NCBI RefSeq assembly: GCF_009914755.1
Contig: NC_060944.1
Strand: one strand, 5' to 3'
Origin: the human T2T-CHM13v2.0 reference genome, Homo sapiens
DNA: 64,000 bases
This document shows, piece by piece, positions 1 through 64,000 of the stretch. The position numbers and the translations under genes are program-made. Every line of letters starts with the position of its first letter. Position 1 is the stretch's first letter. The notes under the pieces are model-generated. The model made no database searches, had not been told where the DNA came from, and saw nothing but the letters and a program-made list of their open reading frames with translations.

Positions 1-756
1 CACTTTCTGCTATGGCTGAAGATACCTATTTTAAGCAAGAATGCTTCATTCCTTCCCTCTCTGTCAATATTCTGAATATCATAATTTATTTCACATTGCT
101 TATGATTACAGCAAAGGGAGGTACAGCTTGGTAGAAAATCTAACACTTCGCATTGGCAGGAGGTGATATGATTCTTGTCACTTCCCTGTGACCTTGAGCT
201 AGGAACTGGCCTCCTGGGCCTCAGTTTCCCTGCTTGTAAGGTGGTGGGGCTCATGCAGTAATTTGGCTAGTATTTCCCTTCCCTACCTTCATTCTTTGAA
301 GTTTGTAGAGGGCTGACCGGGTGCCAAGCACTGTGCCAGATGCTAGGAATTCAAAACAATAAGAAATGTCCCCAGCCTTGAAGGCAGTTGCGATCTGTTC
401 AAGGAGAAAGACAAGTGATTCAACAATTCCTTGGCAGTGTGATAAATGTCATGATTGAGGTGTGTCCTTGTTTATTTCCAAATTCCTTCTAAGTTTTAAA
501 GGTCTATGAAGTGACCATTGACACATCTAAAAAGGGTAGCTTGACCATTTCACAAGTGATGGAAATTTTAACGTCTGTCATTTTCAAGTGTGGGTGAGAA
601 TGGAGTACAAAGCCATTCTTATAAACTTCTGGTAAGACCCTACATTGGTACAACCATCTTGGGGAATATTTTGGCAATAGTTTATAAAGTGAAAAATATG
701 CCTCTTATACAGCCCAGCATTTTCACTTCTAGGTATGTACCCTAGAGAATCTCTCA

Positions 757-1802
757 TCTATTTCCCAAACTCTGGATACCAGAGCGGCACAGTTCTCAGA
801 TCTCTGCTCCACCTATATTCACTCTGTACCTGAGCTCATCCAAGCCAATGGCTTTACATTTCTTCTATTAAACTCTCCAGTCCTAACCTCCAGCTTACAC
901 TACAGACTTGTAGTAGAACTCTCCATCTGGATGTTGAATGGGCATTTCCAATGTATATATACAACATATTTCGATCCTTCCTACCCCTAGATATGTTCCT
1001 TTCAAAGCCTATAAAATAGTACCGTTATTTACCCAGTCAAAACCACTGGGCTCATGTTGGACTTGTTTCATTCTTTCACATCATGTCTGGTTCATTTGCA
1101 AAACCTGTAAGATCCAGCCTCAAAAGAAATCCTAAATAAATCACTTCTCACCATCTCCAACATTACTGACTATCCAAACCTTCATCATCCCTCTCCAGGC
1201 AATGCCTTCTCCTTCCTACTCAGTGCCCTACAATTTATGGTCCACACAGCAGCCAGAGTAAACCTTTTAAAACCAAATCTAATCATGTTATTCCACCCTT
1301 TGAAACCCTCCAAAGGCTTCCCAACACATTTAGAATAAAATCTAAAATACTTAGTGAGGACTAAAGCCCAAGTGATGTAGCCTTTGGCTCCATCTCCAAT
1401 CTCACTTCAAGCTACCTTTTTCCTTGGTCACTTGCTCTGTCTTGCTGTCATTGAATGATGTTGGCACGCATACATCTGCATCAAGGTCTTTGCACTTGAT
1501 GATCCTTCTGCCTGGACTGGTGTTTCCTGGGTGTGCACGTGGCTTGCTCCTCACACATGTACGTGACCTCAGAAGGGCTTTCACTGGCCCATATTTAACA
1601 CAGCATCCTGCCATGCTTCATCACCTTCCTCCCTGCTTTCTCTGTCCTTCTAGTACCTCTTTGACATTATATTTATTTGTTTACTTATTTGTTTCTGTCA
1701 CTCATAATATGAGAGTTTCATGAAGGCAGGGCTTACCTGTTTCTTCTATCACTGCATCTATCCTGGTGCCTCTAAAAGTACTTGCTCTTTAGAATGAATG
1801 AA
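757..1802 (+). mobile_element. L2 LINE 3' portion, apparently nested in an old L1ME-type 3' end (about 620-2370)
   Basis: Diverged L2-like text (tccacacagcagccagag...aaatctaatcatgt) ending in gaatgaatgaa; L1M-like sequence on both sides. Confidence 0.6.
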
Positions 1803-3085
1803 GGTGCCCAAGGAAAGAGGTATACAAATTTCTACTTTCATTTATAATTAGAAATGACCTAACTATCCATCAACCAAATAATGGATAATAAATTATGATA
1901 TATTCATATATGGACTTCTGTACCTTCAGTGAAAAATAAATGAACAAGATCTACCTACATAGCTGGTATATAAAGATAAAAATAGCAAGTTGCAAATGCA
2001 CACAGTGGGATAGTTTTTACATAAAATTAAAAACAGCCCAAACTACCCGTTGTTTGGATAAATGCATATGTAGTAAGGTTGCAGAACCATTTTGGAGGTA
2101 AACACCAAAACTAGGATACTAGTTATCTATCTGGTATGGAATGGAATTGAGGTGGGGTATACAGGATGCTGCAGTGGCATCAGAAATTATGTATTCTTTT
2201 ACATGTAAGTCAAATAATCAAAAATGTAAATCAAATAAGGCAAAATGTTGAGATCTGACCACACTGGTGTAGGCCCGTGGCTATTCATTATGCTATCATC
2301 TGAACACTTCTGTATTAGCTTGAAATCAGTTCATAACTTGCAAGTTCTTAAATAAAACAAAAACTTGAAGCTGTCGATGCATCAACCATTTATAAGTTGC
2401 ATAAATACTGATTGTTGCTCCTGTAGTTACCACGTGGGCTCTACCCCATGTCAGAAAGGTGTGATCGAAATGAAGGGTGGCTTTTGGGGCCACGTTTCAA
2501 TGACCACTGTATACTCTTCTCACCAGTCCCATAACCTGACTTTTAGATAAAATTGAAAACTGAATTGTTTAAACTCAGAAGCACCATCATCTCCAAGAAA
2601 AATCCCTTTTCCAATTCAGTGAGAACAATGTCTTATAATTAATACATTTTCCATTTTTAAAGAGCACCTCTCGTATCTATTCTCATTTCCCATTATGAAG
2701 ATCTTGGAAGTCAGATAGGTCCAGTCTTTTTCCCCAATTGACAGAAGAAGAAGCTGAGATCTAGGAGCCAAAGGAGTGAGTAGCAAGAGCAGAACTTGAT
2801 ACAGGCCCCCTGGACCCCTGGTCACCATAACTCCCAGTGCTGTGTTTCTGAACTTGGGGGACCATGTACATCTGCCATCATGGATGTAAAAGCAGAATAC
2901 CACCTGTTTGTGGAATTCATTATGTTACTTATAATGTGCAACTCTCTTATTTCATTCAAGTTCTGACAGATGAAAGTTCTTGGGAAAGAGACTGTGAAGA
3001 CGTTTTTACTCTTATAATTTAAGCTGCCTCAGCTTCCATGAATAAAACATGAGATATGCATCTTCAGAGCTACAAGTGCTACTAA

Positions 3086-63145
<60,060 letters not shown>

Positions 63146-63384
63146 GTACAGTGCTCTACAGCTACTATTTTGTGTTATGTATGGATGAATCATTTGTAGC
63201 CAAAAACACTACTTTGAAGCTGATACCAGACCACTTAACAGTAATAACTCATTCTAACTGGTTAACAATGAAATTAAAAAATAGAATCGGTTTGGGAGTG
63301 CTTGTCACTTGTTTGTAGTCTGCATTTCTAACAATTCTTTCAAATGCATAACAAAGCTTCATCCATTTAAAAATTGTTTCACTA

Positions 63385-63678
<294 letters not shown>

Positions 63679-64000
63679 TTATTTCACTAATAACATGACT
63701 ATATAAAATATTGAAGACCAGCTCACAATTCTAGCCACTAGTTACCTAAATTGCCAGGTCACTGTCACATAGTTTGCCATACACACTGGTGCATGGAGGG
63801 AGATGCTAGCAATCTGTCAACCTCCCACTCACAGCACCTAGAGAGAGAACACTTGTCACTTTTTCTCCCTTATGTAAATCTTGCCCAGTAGCCTACTTCT
63901 GAAATAGATTTATTTTTGCTTTTTACCCATAAGAAGTGGTATTTTGACAGTGATTGTGAAAAATTACAAGAGCTAGTTGCAAATTGTAAGAGAACAGCAG

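Overview
Hominoid (most likely human) genomic DNA covering the central part of PLCB4 (phospholipase C beta 4) on the + strand. I reconstructed 18 coding exons by hand, plus a 36-nt in-frame cassette exon. All have GT-AG boundaries and consistent phases. The 18 exons total 1991 nt and encode about residues G285-K948 (numbering without the cassette): end of the EF-hands, catalytic X box, X-Y linker, Y box, C2 domain, proximal CTD and the start of the distal coiled-coil CTD. The gene start and end lie outside the window. Introns are rich in repeats: an antisense SVA with TSDs, about 17 Alus, L1/L2/MIR, solo LTRs and DNA-transposon relics. I see no convincing new biological system. The most notable items are: (1) a U12 minor-spliceosome intron directly before the disease-hotspot exon, with a possible in-frame U2 intron nested inside it; (2) a tailless 5'-half tRNA-Ile retrocopy with 18-bp TSDs, abutted by the SVA insertion; (3) a stop-free 147-nt intron whose retention would add a hydrophobic plus polybasic 49-aa segment; (4) the linker cassette exon flanked by inverted Alus; (5) several recent tandem duplications and candidate RFX and CTCF sites. 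Repeat subfamily names come from recalled consensus sequences, and repeat boundaries are approximate unless TSDs are given.
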